DNA from: a bacterium
GTDB taxonomy: Bacteria > Bacillota > Clostridia > Christensenellales > CAG-138
Length of the DNA stretch: 36,932 bases
Direction of reading: 5' to 3'
Assembly: GCA_963608365.1 (NCBI GenBank)
Contig: CAVDFM010000002.1
Span: 1-36,932, forward strand
Both the position numbers and the translations under genes were made by a program. Below the pieces are notes generated by a model, which saw only the letters and a program-made list of their open reading frames with translations, had not been told where the DNA came from and made no database searches. Below, in pieces: positions 26,488 to 35,787 of the stretch (position 1 is the first letter of the stretch; each line of letters begins with the position of its first letter).

Positions 26488-26612
26488 GGCGCAATATAGT
26501 TTAACTTAGTGTGACGTTTTGCGTATTCTTATTGCGCGAGCGGCGGCAAAATATTATAATAAACGGGTTAAATGAGGGGATTTAGCGGATTTATTATAGA
26601 AAGGATGCCGTA

Positions 26613-27452
26613 ATGCGCGGATTGTTCAAAAATAAGCCTTTGATAATAATGCTTGTGGCGGTGCTGCTGCTGGGCGTGCTGGCGTTCATAACCAGCGCGG
26701 ACAGATCCGTATCGTGGGTGGAAAGCACGCTCGGCTCCGTTTTCCAGCCCGTGCAGACGTTTGCGGCAAAGGCTTCAAACAGCATAATAGGCTTTTTCCA
26801 GCGCATATTCAAAACAAGCGACGCCGATAAGGAGCTGGAACAGCTTCAGGTGCGCATGGCGCAGCTTGAGCAGGCGGCGGACGAAAACGCAACGCTGAAG
26901 GCGGAAAACGAGCGGCTGAAAAAGCTGCTCAACTACGTTGAAACGCTTGAAAATTACGATTACGTTACCGCCGTTGTAACGGGCAACAGCCAGGGCGTGT
27001 GGTTTGAAACGTTCACAATAAACGCCGGGCGCAACAAGGGCATAAAGAAGGACATGAGCGTTGTGTGCGCAGACGGGCTGGTTGGCAGAATAATCGAAGT
27101 GGGCGCGAACTGGAGCAAGGTCACCGCCATAATAGACGCTTCAAGCGAAGTGAGCGTTATGGTGGAGCGCACAAGGGACATTGGCGTTGTGCGCGGCGCG
27201 TTCAGCACGGCGGACGATAACCAGCTGGAGCTTTACTATCTGCCGTCGGGCTTTGACCTTGTGCCGGGGGACAGGATAGTTACAAGCGGCATGAGCAGCA
27301 TATTCCCCAAGTCCATAGTGGTGGGCACCGTGTCCGAAGTTACGCGCCGTTCCGCGGAAGGCACGCAGTCCAATGCAATAATCGAGCCTGCGGTGGACTT
27401 TGGGCACCTTGAAGAGGTGCTGGTGCTGATAGAAAAAACGGGAGAGGAGTAG
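26613..27452 (+). CDS. mreC: Rod-shape-determining protein MreC
   Basis: N-terminal transmembrane helix, coiled coil (LEQLQVRMAQLEQAADENATLKAENERLKKLL), and a beta-rich C-terminal domain. It sits between mreB and mreD. Confidence 0.88.
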   Translation: MRGLFKNKPLIIMLVAVLLLGVLAFITSADRSVSWVESTLGSVFQPVQTFAAKASNSIIGFFQRIFKTSDADKELEQLQVRMAQLEQAADENATLKAENERLKKLLNYVETLENYDYVTAVVTGNSQGVWFETFTINAGRNKGIKKDMSVVCADGLVGRIIEVGANWSKVTAIIDASSEVSVMVERTRDIGVVRGAFSTADDNQLELYYLPSGFDLVPGDRIVTSGMSSIFPKSIVVGTVSEVTRRSAEGTQSNAIIEPAVDFGHLEEVLVLIEKTGEE

Positions 27453-27456
27453 GCCC

Positions 27457-27990
27457 ATGCGAAGGTTATACATAGTTATAGCTGCCGCAGCAGGGCTTTA
27501 TCTTGATTCCGTATTCTTTGCCCGCGTGAATATAAGCGGCATCAGGCCGGACGCCATAATGGCGCTCACGGCGTCCCTCGGCGTGCTTTTAGGCATGAAG
27601 AAGGGCGCGCTGTTCGGGCTGATAATCGGCCTTATTGCGGACGTGTTGTATTCGCCCATGGTTGGGCTGAGTGCAATGGGCTATATGTTCGCCGGTCTTT
27701 TGGGCGGCGCTTTTTATCAAAAATACTATGCGGATAACATAATAATCCCCGCGCTTGTTGCGGCGGTGGGGGCAATATTCAAGGAATGCGTAATGGCCGC
27801 GGCTTGCGCCGCAGGCGGGGCTAAGTTCGGCTTTTTTACCGTACTCGGAACATATATCCTGCCGTGCGCGCTGATGAGCGCAGCGGTGTGCATGCTTACC
27901 CATGCGCTTATGCGCCGCGCGCTTGCGGGGCAGCTCAAGGTGGAGCATACATATGAACGGGATAGCCATGCCCAGGGAGGCGTAAAATGA
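27457..27990 (+). CDS. mreD: Rod-shape-determining protein MreD
   Basis: 177-aa polytopic membrane protein in the canonical position. Confidence 0.8.
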   Translation: MRRLYIVIAAAAGLYLDSVFFARVNISGIRPDAIMALTASLGVLLGMKKGALFGLIIGLIADVLYSPMVGLSAMGYMFAGLLGGAFYQKYYADNIIIPALVAAVGAIFKECVMAAACAAGGAKFGFFTVLGTYILPCALMSAAVCMLTHALMRRALAGQLKVEHTYERDSHAQGGVK

Positions 27991-30716
27991 AAAAGCCAAT
28001 ATCCCGAATAATAATAGTTTGCCTGCTCATGCTTTGCATGATGGGCGCGCTTATATATCGCCTTGGCACGCTTACGATAACGGAAGGCGAAAAGTGGGCG
28101 CAGACGGCGGACAGCCGCTCCACCCAAACGATAGCCATAAAGGGCGAGCGCGGCAGAATAATGGACAGAAACGGCGTTGTGCTTGCATACAGCGAAACGT
28201 GCTACAACGTTGAATTTCTGCGCAATGCGGACAACCGCACAAGCTATGATTCCGCCGTGTATACCGAATCGCTCATAAAGGCGATAGAGATAATTGAACG
28301 AAGCGGCGGCCAGACGATAGACACATCATACATTGTGATGGACGAAAACGGGGAAATAGCCTACGACTGGCGCATAAGCGGCGTTGAAAGCAGCGAAGCG
28401 ATAGAGCGCGTAAGGCGCATAAGATACAAAAACTTCTGCGAAGGTATGTATATATCCATAAAGGATCCGGCATATAAGGAATATCCCAAAGACCCGTCCA
28501 AATGGAACATGGATCTTTGGCCGACGGCGGAATATGCCTATAACTACCTGAGAAAAACATGGTATATACCCGAAGAATATACATTTGAACAGGCAAAGAA
28601 GATAATATCCATACGGCAGGAAGTGAACCTGAATAACTACCGTGCGTATGAGCCGATAACCATTGCCTACAACGTTGGGCAGGAGGTCGTGAGCGAAATA
28701 GTTGAGCGCTCAAGCGAGCTTGTGGGCGTGCAGATAGCGCAGAGCACCACGCGCGTGTACCCCCGCGGGGAGACGGCGGCGCACATAGTGGGCTATCTTT
28801 CAAGGAATGCGGACACGGTAAGCGCGGCAAAGCTTATCGCAATGGGTTATACCCGCGCGCAGCTTGAACCGTATTACCTTAAAAACGACGACGGCACATA
28901 TTCAATGGGCGACGACGGCGATTATCAGATAAAGATGACGGACATGGGATATGCATACAGCGATTATATAGGCGTATCCGGCCTTGAATACACAATGGAA
29001 GCGTATCTTACGGGCGCCACGAAGGAGCATCAGGGCAAGCGGGAGGTTGAAATAAACAAAAACCTGAGCATAACGCGCGAACTTTCCTATGTTGAGGCCA
29101 CAAACGGCAACGATGTTATGTCCACAATAGATATAGAGCTGCAAACCGTGTGCGAAAACGCGCTTGGTTCCCTTATTACCAAAATGAGGGAGCAGGAGCA
29201 GCAAATGATAGAGGAGGACGCGGCAAAGCCGGAAAAAGACCAGAAATATCAGGGCAAGGACATAACGCTTGCCTCCACTGGCGCAATAGTAGTAATGGAC
29301 CCGCGAAACGGCGAGGTGCTTGCGAGCGCAAGCTATCCTTCATATGACCCGAACTGGTTCATGCAGGGCCTTACAAAGGAGCAGAGCGAATACCTTTTCG
29401 GCGAAGAGGCGACGGACACCACCCCGCTTCGCAACAAGGCCGTTTCCGCGCGCTACGCGCCTGGATCTATATTTAAGCCTTTGACCGGCGTTGCGGGCGT
29501 TAGCGAGGGCGTGGTGAGCATTGACGAAATAGTCAACGACCATGGCGACAGCGGCTATTATTACTTCTATTCCGTTGACGAAAACGGCAAGACCGTTGTG
29601 CAGAAGCAGGGCGCGCCGCGCTGCTGGAGCTACCGCAACCATACCGCCCATGCAAACATAAACCTGACGCAGGCGCTCACGTTTTCGTGCAACTATTATT
29701 TCTGTGAGATCGCGAACCGCATGGGTATAGACACGCTGAACAAATGGATGGGCAAGTTCGGACTGGATACCAAGACAAACATTGAACTCACCGGCGAAAC
29801 GGCGGGCGTAGGCGGCGGACAGAAGGTGCTTTTTGATAATGAACTGACCGACAGCAACGGCGAACTGAACATAACCGGACAGAAAACCAGCCTGCCCATA
29901 CTTATATACAACCGCATACGCGAACGCCTGCGCGAGTACGTTACCCGCCGCAGCATGGAAATAGACGAGCAGGCCATAAGGAAATGCGCGCTCAGGCTGA
30001 TGATGCTGCAGGACGGCAACGGCCTTGACGGTAAGGGACCGGATATACGAAAGATACTGAGCGACGAGCTGGGCATCCCCGAAGGATACAGCATAACGCA
30101 AAGCTGGACAAGCGAAATAGTTACGCTGCTAAACGAAATACAATGGAAACCTACCCAGACCATACGCGCGGGCTTCGGCCAGGGCACAACGCTTGTTACG
30201 CCGATGGCCATAGCGCGCTACGTAAGCGCCATTGCCAACGAAGGCACTGTGTACGATGCGAACATTGTTGAACGCATAGTTGACCAAAACGGCAACCTGA
30301 TAGAGGATAAGAACGCGGCCGTATACGAAACCATTGGCGAAGATACAGCCGAGTGGGACGCGCTTTGGGCGGCGGTAAAGCAAGGCATGGCGGGCGTTGT
30401 GTCGGCAGAGGATCACGGTACTGCGGGCGGCAAATTCTCGCAGGAATTTACGGAAAAATACCTTGACAGGATAGCCGGTAAAACCGGTTCCGCACAGGTC
30501 GGTACAACCTCAATAGATATAGAGAATACGAGCTGGTTCGTTTCATATACCCCGCGCGAAGGAGAGGCGGAGCTGGTAATAGTGATATGCGTGCCTTCCG
30601 GCTATGCGGGCGTGTGGAGCGTAAGCGCGGCGGAGGAGATATATACCTATTATTTCAATAAGCAGGATTCCGCCGCACCCGAAACGCTGGTAGATATAGG
30701 CGGCATTGCCCCATAA
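27987..30716 (+). CDS. mrdA: Penicillin-binding protein 2 (elongation-specific class B transpeptidase), unusually long
   Basis: N-terminal transmembrane helix, SxxK (GSIFKP at about residue 494), SxN (FSCNYY at about residue 566) and KTG (GKTGSA at about residue 831). ATGA overlap with mreD. Confidence 0.88.
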   Translation: MKKPISRIIIVCLLMLCMMGALIYRLGTLTITEGEKWAQTADSRSTQTIAIKGERGRIMDRNGVVLAYSETCYNVEFLRNADNRTSYDSAVYTESLIKAIEIIERSGGQTIDTSYIVMDENGEIAYDWRISGVESSEAIERVRRIRYKNFCEGMYISIKDPAYKEYPKDPSKWNMDLWPTAEYAYNYLRKTWYIPEEYTFEQAKKIISIRQEVNLNNYRAYEPITIAYNVGQEVVSEIVERSSELVGVQIAQSTTRVYPRGETAAHIVGYLSRNADTVSAAKLIAMGYTRAQLEPYYLKNDDGTYSMGDDGDYQIKMTDMGYAYSDYIGVSGLEYTMEAYLTGATKEHQGKREVEINKNLSITRELSYVEATNGNDVMSTIDIELQTVCENALGSLITKMREQEQQMIEEDAAKPEKDQKYQGKDITLASTGAIVVMDPRNGEVLASASYPSYDPNWFMQGLTKEQSEYLFGEEATDTTPLRNKAVSARYAPGSIFKPLTGVAGVSEGVVSIDEIVNDHGDSGYYYFYSVDENGKTVVQKQGAPRCWSYRNHTAHANINLTQALTFSCNYYFCEIANRMGIDTLNKWMGKFGLDTKTNIELTGETAGVGGGQKVLFDNELTDSNGELNITGQKTSLPILIYNRIRERLREYVTRRSMEIDEQAIRKCALRLMMLQDGNGLDGKGPDIRKILSDELGIPEGYSITQSWTSEIVTLLNEIQWKPTQTIRAGFGQGTTLVTPMAIARYVSAIANEGTVYDANIVERIVDQNGNLIEDKNAAVYETIGEDTAEWDALWAAVKQGMAGVVSAEDHGTAGGKFSQEFTEKYLDRIAGKTGSAQVGTTSIDIENTSWFVSYTPREGEAELVIVICVPSGYAGVWSVSAAEEIYTYYFNKQDSAAPETLVDIGGIAP

Positions 30717-30776
30717 TAAATAGTGGTGTATAATTAACGACGAAATAATTTTTTGCATAAGAGGAGGATTATTCCA

Positions 30777-31835
30777 ATGAACATGCCAAGCAGGGTAGCG
30801 TTCAATCTTTTCGGGAAGGACATATACTGGTACGGCGTAATAATGGCCGCGGCAATGGTAATTGCCGTTGGCATTGCATATAGCGAGGAAAGGCGCAAAA
30901 AGCTGAAAAAGGACACGGTCATAGACATGTGCCTTTGCATAATACCCGCGGGCATAGTGGGCGCGCGGCTTTATTATGTTCTGTTTGAGCTGGAAAGCTA
31001 TCTTAAAGACCCGATAACAATACTGTATATTTGGCGCGGCGGCCTTGCAATATACGGCGCGGTGATAGGTGGCCTGCTCGCGGCGTTCATATTCGCCAAG
31101 GTAAGGAAAATACGCTTCCTCACCCTTGCGGACATAATTGCGCCGGGCCTTGTGCTGGCGCAGGCGATAGGCCGCTGGGGCAACTTTTTCAATCAGGAAG
31201 CCTACGGCCTGCCCGTAACGCCGGAAATGCTTGCGGCGCACCCGATACTGGGCTATTTCCCCGTAAGCGTTGCCATTGAAGGCACGCATTACTTTGATAA
31301 GGCCGTATGCACCGCCTGCGCGACCGCCGCAAACGGCGCGCATCTGCACTTAGCCACGTTCTTCTATGAATCGGTATGGTGCCTTATTGTGTTCATAGTG
31401 CTTTGGCTCACGCGCAAGCGCGTTAAGCACGACGGCGACACGTTCTTCCTTTATGTGCTGCTGTATTCGCTGGAGCGCACGTTTGTGGAAGGTCTGCGCG
31501 GGGACAGCCTGTGGATAATCAAGCCCTCCGCCGCCGGAATGACGGACGGAGTAAGGGTATCCCAGGCGCTAAGCTTCCTGCTGTTCGTGGGCGTGCTTGC
31601 GTTCTTAATAATCCGCACCGTGCGGGAAAAGAAGGAAGGGCGACTGATGTGGCCCAAGCCCATTGCCGCATGCGAATGCGCGGGCGAAGCCGAAGCAAAG
31701 TGCGAATGCGAATGCTGCAAAGCCGAAGATAACGCCGCAGAGGAAAGCGCCGAAGCGGGCGCGGAAAATAAAGAGGAAACCACCCAAACCAACGACGATA
31801 ATACCGAAAACGAAGAAGGCGAAGGTAAGGAATAA
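30777..31835 (+). CDS. lgt: Prolipoprotein diacylglyceryl transferase with a Cys/Glu-rich acidic C-terminal extension
   Basis: ATG 30777 lies after GAGGAGG (30761-30767). It has the Lgt signature GRWGNFFNQEAYG. The tail after about residue 283 is CECAGEAEAKCECECCKAEDNAAEESAEAGAENKEETTQTNDDNTENEEGEGKE. Confidence 0.88.
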   Translation: MNMPSRVAFNLFGKDIYWYGVIMAAAMVIAVGIAYSEERRKKLKKDTVIDMCLCIIPAGIVGARLYYVLFELESYLKDPITILYIWRGGLAIYGAVIGGLLAAFIFAKVRKIRFLTLADIIAPGLVLAQAIGRWGNFFNQEAYGLPVTPEMLAAHPILGYFPVSVAIEGTHYFDKAVCTACATAANGAHLHLATFFYESVWCLIVFIVLWLTRKRVKHDGDTFFLYVLLYSLERTFVEGLRGDSLWIIKPSAAGMTDGVRVSQALSFLLFVGVLAFLIIRTVREKKEGRLMWPKPIAACECAGEAEAKCECECCKAEDNAAEESAEAGAENKEETTQTNDDNTENEEGEGKE

Positions 31836-33296
31836 ATGAACGACATAAGCTCGGAACGCAATTTGACCATGATGACGGATCTGTACCAGCTTACAATGAT
31901 GTATGGCTATTACAGATGCGGCATGGATAAGAACGAAGCGATATTCGATCTGTTCTTCCGCCAGCGGGACAACAGCGCCTATGCCATAATGGCCGGCACC
32001 GAATCCGTTATAGACTATATAAACAAATTGCATTTTGCGCCGGAGGATATAGAATATCTCCGCTCGCTCAATCTGTTTGACGAAGGCTTCTTGAAAATAT
32101 TGGCCGATATGCGCTTCACGGGCGAAATATACGGCATGCCGGAAGGCACCGTTGTGTTCCCTTACGAGCCGCTTATCCGCGTTAAGGCGCCCATTATGCA
32201 GGCGCAGCTTGTGGAAACCACGCTGCTCAATTTGGTCAATCACCAAACGCTTATCGCCACCAAGGCCGCCCGCGTTGCCTATGCCGCAAACGGGGACGGG
32301 GTTATGGAATTCGGCCTTAGGCGGGCGCAGGGACCGGACGCGGGCATATACGGCGCGCGCGCGGCAATGATAGGCGGCTGCACGGGCACAAGCAACGTGC
32401 TTACCGGGCAGATGTGCGGCGTGCCGGTATCGGGTACGCATGCGCACAGCTGGGTGATGAGCTTCCCTACCGAGCTTGACGCGTTCCGCGCATATGCGGA
32501 TATTTTCCCTGATAGCTGCATGCTGCTTGTGGATACATATGATACGCTCCGCAGCGGCGTGCCCAACGCCATAAAGGTATTCAACGAACTGAAGGCCAAG
32601 GGGCATAAGCCCGTGGGCATCCGCATGGACTCCGGCGACCTTGCCTATCTTTCCAAGCGTGCGCGCACAATGCTTGACGATGCGGGTTTTGCGGAAGCAA
32701 AGATATGCGCAAGCGGCGATTTGGACGAAAACGTTATACGCGACCTTAAAGCACAGGGCGCGAAGATAGACCTTTGGGGCGTTGGCACAAAGCTTATAAC
32801 CTCAATGGATTTCCCGGCATTGGGCGGGGTATACAAAATGGCTGCGGAAATAGTTGACGGCGAAATGATACCCAAGATAAAGCTGAGCGAAAACGTTGTG
32901 AAGATGACAAACCCGGGCTATAAAAAGGTTTATCGTTTTTACAGCAACACTTCCGGCATGGCGCTGGCGGACCTTATCGCGCTGGAAGGGGAGGAGTTTG
33001 ACTTCACCAAGCCCATCACGATTTATCATCCGGAGCAGAGATATAAATCCAAAACGCTCTATGATTACAACGTGCGGGAGCTGCTCGTGCCGCTGTTCAT
33101 AGACGGCAGGCAGGTTTATGATTGCCCGAGCATGGCGGATATACAGCGCTATGCCAAGGCGGAGCTTTCCACATTCTGGGAGGAGAGCAAGCGCCTTATG
33201 AACCCGCATGTATACAAGGTTGACCTGAGCGATAAGCTGTATACGCTTAAACAAGAATTGATAGAGGAGCTGCGCAATGCGCGAAAAGGTGAATAA
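31836..33296 (+). CDS. pncB: Nicotinate phosphoribosyltransferase
   Basis: [16 protein letters not shown] and [10 protein letters not shown] motifs, 486 aa. Confidence 0.9.
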   Translation: MNDISSERNLTMMTDLYQLTMMYGYYRCGMDKNEAIFDLFFRQRDNSAYAIMAGTESVIDYINKLHFAPEDIEYLRSLNLFDEGFLKILADMRFTGEIYGMPEGTVVFPYEPLIRVKAPIMQAQLVETTLLNLVNHQTLIATKAARVAYAANGDGVMEFGLRRAQGPDAGIYGARAAMIGGCTGTSNVLTGQMCGVPVSGTHAHSWVMSFPTELDAFRAYADIFPDSCMLLVDTYDTLRSGVPNAIKVFNELKAKGHKPVGIRMDSGDLAYLSKRARTMLDDAGFAEAKICASGDLDENVIRDLKAQGAKIDLWGVGTKLITSMDFPALGGVYKMAAEIVDGEMIPKIKLSENVVKMTNPGYKKVYRFYSNTSGMALADLIALEGEEFDFTKPITIYHPEQRYKSKTLYDYNVRELLVPLFIDGRQVYDCPSMADIQRYAKAELSTFWEESKRLMNPHVYKVDLSDKLYTLKQELIEELRNARKGE

Positions 33297-33855
33297 ATGG
33301 CTTATACTGCTGCTTGCGGCGGGGCTTATTGCGGCCGCGCTTTGCGGCTGCGTGCGCTTTGAAAGCACGGTAGACCCAAGCGTTACTATGCCGCAGGAGA
33401 CTGAACCTGTTCCTGCGGAGGAAGCCGAACCTTCCCCAACGGCCGAGCCTACGGCGGAACCAACGGCCGAACCTACGCCGGAGGAGGTGCAGCAGATAGA
33501 CGTATATGATGAACTTGGCGCGTTCATAACCGGAAGCGACCATTACAGGCGCTATATCTCCTTTGAAAACATACAGGTGTATGAGCAGGAGGAGGACACG
33601 TTTGTTGATATGCAGGCGGTGAACGCATACCCTAAGGCAATACTCTGCGCGCTGCACATGCGCTTTACCGACGAAACGGGAGAGGTAGTTGCCGAGTGCC
33701 GGCTGCAAACGCAGGACGGGCAGTATCTTCTTTCGCTTGAGCCGGGCAGTAACACGCTTTACGCTCAGGTACCTACGGACATGCGCATAACCGGGCTTGA
33801 TTTCACGATAGAGTACGACGAAAGCGTTGAGGTTCTGCCGGATATTACAGAATAA
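33277..33855 (+). CDS. Hypothetical lipoprotein with an (AEPT)n linker
   Basis: Signal peptide and lipobox (LIAAALCGC). The linker is AEPSPTAEPTAEPTAEPTPEE. RBS GAGGAG lies 7 nt before ATG 33277. The gene overlaps the pncB 3' end by 20 nt. Confidence 0.65.
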   Translation: MREKVNKWLILLLAAGLIAAALCGCVRFESTVDPSVTMPQETEPVPAEEAEPSPTAEPTAEPTAEPTPEEVQQIDVYDELGAFITGSDHYRRYISFENIQVYEQEEDTFVDMQAVNAYPKAILCALHMRFTDETGEVVAECRLQTQDGQYLLSLEPGSNTLYAQVPTDMRITGLDFTIEYDESVEVLPDITE

Positions 33856-33873
33856 AACGATATAAAAAAGACG

Positions 33874-33902
33874 GACGGTGCATTGACTGCATCGTCTTTT
33901 TT
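33874..33902 (+). terminator. Rho-independent terminator after the lipoprotein gene
   Basis: 9-bp stem at 33874-33882 / 33888-33896 (one G-U pair) with a 5-nt loop, followed by TTTTTT at 33897-33902. Confidence 0.75.
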
Positions 33903-33922
33903 ATGACATATGGGTATTGGTA

Positions 33923-33951
33923 TTGATTATGGCAACACGGTTTGATATAAT
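33923..33951 (+). promoter_or_regulatory. Promoter of the NCS2 permease gene
   Basis: TTGATT (33923-33928), a 17-nt spacer ending in TGa, then TATAAT (33946-33951), which is an extended -10. Confidence 0.7.
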
Positions 33952-34000
33952 ATAGCGTCGCTGGTCAACAAAACCAAAACCGGCCCACAAAGGAGGAAAA

Positions 34001-35395
34001 ATGTTTAACCTTAAACAGCACAACACCACCGTGCGCACGGAGCTTATCGCCGGCGTTACCACGTTCATGGCGATGGCTTACATCCTTATGGTCAATGCGG
34101 GCATGTTCTCCGCACTTGGCGACGGATATTATAACGCCGTTTATATTGCAACGGCCATATCCGCCGTGTTCGGCACGCTTTTGATAGGTCTGCTTTCCAA
34201 CCTGCCGCTTGCGCAGGCTTCCGGCATGGGCCTTAATGCGTTCTTTGTGTTCTCAGTATGCATAGGCATGAACTTCACCTATGCAAACGCGCTCGTTATG
34301 GTTCTTGTGGACGGCATAGTGTTCCTTATACTTACCGTTACCGGCCTGCGCCGCATTATATTCGACGCCATACCCAAAGCCGTAAAGGCCGCCATAGCGC
34401 CGGGCATCGGCCTGTTCATCGCATTCCTTGGCCTGCAGAACAGCGGCATAGTTGTGAACAGCGATTCTACGCTTGTTGACCTTCACTCCTTCAATCTTAT
34501 GTTCGGCCACACCACCTGGGCGGAGATAATGCCCCTGCTTGTGACTATATTCGCAATAATAGCAATAGCTGCCATGGCCAAGAAAAAGGTCAAGGGCGCT
34601 GTGTTCTGGGGCATAATCGGCGGCGCGGTAGTTTACTATGCGCTGGGCCTCATAACCATAGAGAATTTCTATGCGGAGCATGTGCAGGGCAGCCTTTCGC
34701 TCAATATAATCCAGCCCTTCCGCGATTTCTTCAGCCTTTCCTTCGGCAAGGTGTTTACTGAAGGCTTTGACTTCTCCGCATTCATAGCGGCGAACGGCAC
34801 CGGCAGCTTTATTGCCACGTTCATCGCTACCATGCTTGCTTTCTGCATGGTCGATATGTTCGATACTCTTGGCACCCTTTACGGCGCCTGCTCCGTGGGC
34901 AATCTGCTTGATAAGGAAGGCAACGTGCCCAATATGGACAAGGCCATGTTTGCCGATGCCGCGGCTACCTGCTTCGGCGCCATCTGCGGCACGTCCACCG
35001 TTACCACCTTCGTTGAATCCTCTGCCGGTATAGCGGAAGGCGGCCGCACCGGCCTTACCTCCGTGTTCACCGCGGCAATGTTCTTCATTGCCATGTTCCT
35101 TGCGCCCATAGCGTCCCTCGTGCCCAGCTGCGCGACTGCAGCGTCCCTTGTGTACGTCGGCATACTGATGATCGGCGGCGTTAAGGAAATAGAGTGGAGC
35201 GACCCCACCGCGGCCCTGCCTGCGTTCATGACCATGGCCTGCATGCCCTTCACCTATAATATTTCCTACGGCATAGCGTTCGGCCTTATCACCTATATCT
35301 TCGTGAAGATATTCACCGGCAAGATAAAGGAAATAAACATCGGCACCTGGATAATAGGCGTGCTGTTCGCGGCAATGTTCTTCATTGCAAGATAA
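34001..35395 (+). CDS. NCS2/AzgA-family purine (adenine/guanine/hypoxanthine) permease
   Basis: 464-aa polytopic protein. The N-terminus NTTVRTELIAGVTTFMAMAYILMVNAGMF is typical of PbuG/PbuO-type permeases. AAGGAGGA RBS. Confidence 0.88.
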   Translation: MFNLKQHNTTVRTELIAGVTTFMAMAYILMVNAGMFSALGDGYYNAVYIATAISAVFGTLLIGLLSNLPLAQASGMGLNAFFVFSVCIGMNFTYANALVMVLVDGIVFLILTVTGLRRIIFDAIPKAVKAAIAPGIGLFIAFLGLQNSGIVVNSDSTLVDLHSFNLMFGHTTWAEIMPLLVTIFAIIAIAAMAKKKVKGAVFWGIIGGAVVYYALGLITIENFYAEHVQGSLSLNIIQPFRDFFSLSFGKVFTEGFDFSAFIAANGTGSFIATFIATMLAFCMVDMFDTLGTLYGACSVGNLLDKEGNVPNMDKAMFADAAATCFGAICGTSTVTTFVESSAGIAEGGRTGLTSVFTAAMFFIAMFLAPIASLVPSCATAASLVYVGILMIGGVKEIEWSDPTAALPAFMTMACMPFTYNISYGIAFGLITYIFVKIFTGKIKEINIGTWIIGVLFAAMFFIAR

Positions 35396-35426
35396 AAAGA
35401 GCTAAATAAATCGTTGTTGTTTAATA

Positions 35427-35450
35427 GGCATCCGGAAACGGGTGCCTTTT
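35427..35450 (+). terminator. Rho-independent terminator of the permease gene
   Basis: GGCATCC-GGAAAC-GGGTGCC (7 bp, one G-U pair) followed by TTTT at 35447-35450. Confidence 0.65.
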
Positions 35451-35481
35451 GCTTTGCGCATTAGCTGACACAAATAATCTG

Positions 35482-35557
35482 TTGACAAACCTAAATGACA
35501 GGAATATAATACAAAATGACAATGAAAGTTGTCATAAAGACAAACTTTATTGTCAAC
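35482..35557 (+). promoter_or_regulatory. Consensus promoter plus TGACA-repeat operators of the XRE module
   Basis: TTGACA (35482-35487), 17 nt, then TATAAT (35505-35510). Palindrome ATGACAA-N6-TTGTCAT lies at 35516-35535. GTTGACAA (35481-35488) is inverted as TTGTCAAC (35550-57). TGACA also occurs at 35466 and 35496. Confidence 0.7.
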
Positions 35558-35568
35558 GGAGGTGCTGC

Positions 35569-35787
35569 GTGATATTACGAAACCGATTGAAGGAACGCCG
35601 GGCCGCATTGAACGTTAATCAGCAGGAAATGGGCCGGTTGTGCGGCGTATCAAGGCAAACGATAAGCCTGATAGAGCGGGGCGATTACTCGCCGTCTGTT
35701 ACGCTTGCGCTGACCATTGCCAAGGTGTGCGGCGTTGCGGTGGAGGAGATTTTCTATTTACAGGAGGATGCGGAAAATGAACAATGA
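35569..35787 (+). CDS. XRE-family helix-turn-helix transcriptional regulator (72 aa)
   Basis: GTG 35569 lies 6 nt after GGAGG (35558-35562). LKERRAALNVNQQEMGRLCGVSRQTISLIERGDYSPSVTLALTIAKVCGVAVEEIF is a classic Cro/C1-type HTH. The upstream part of the ORF-track model (35449) covers the promoter. Confidence 0.8.
   Translation: MILRNRLKERRAALNVNQQEMGRLCGVSRQTISLIERGDYSPSVTLALTIAKVCGVAVEEIFYLQEDAENEQ

Noticed and set aside
26488-26612. A structured element between mreB and mreC: an 8-bp inverted repeat GCGCAATA...TATTGCGC (26489-26496 and 26530-26537) and a TATAAT at 26555-26560
   Set aside because: The loop is long, no U-run follows, and no conserved motif is recognisable. It is compatible with a weak internal promoter or partial terminator, but not strong enough to annotate.
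33856-34000. A purine riboswitch upstream of the NCS2 purine permease
   Set aside because: The 5' UTR from the predicted -10 to the ATG is only about 50 nt. It lacks the conserved purine-riboswitch junction sequences and three-way stem layout.
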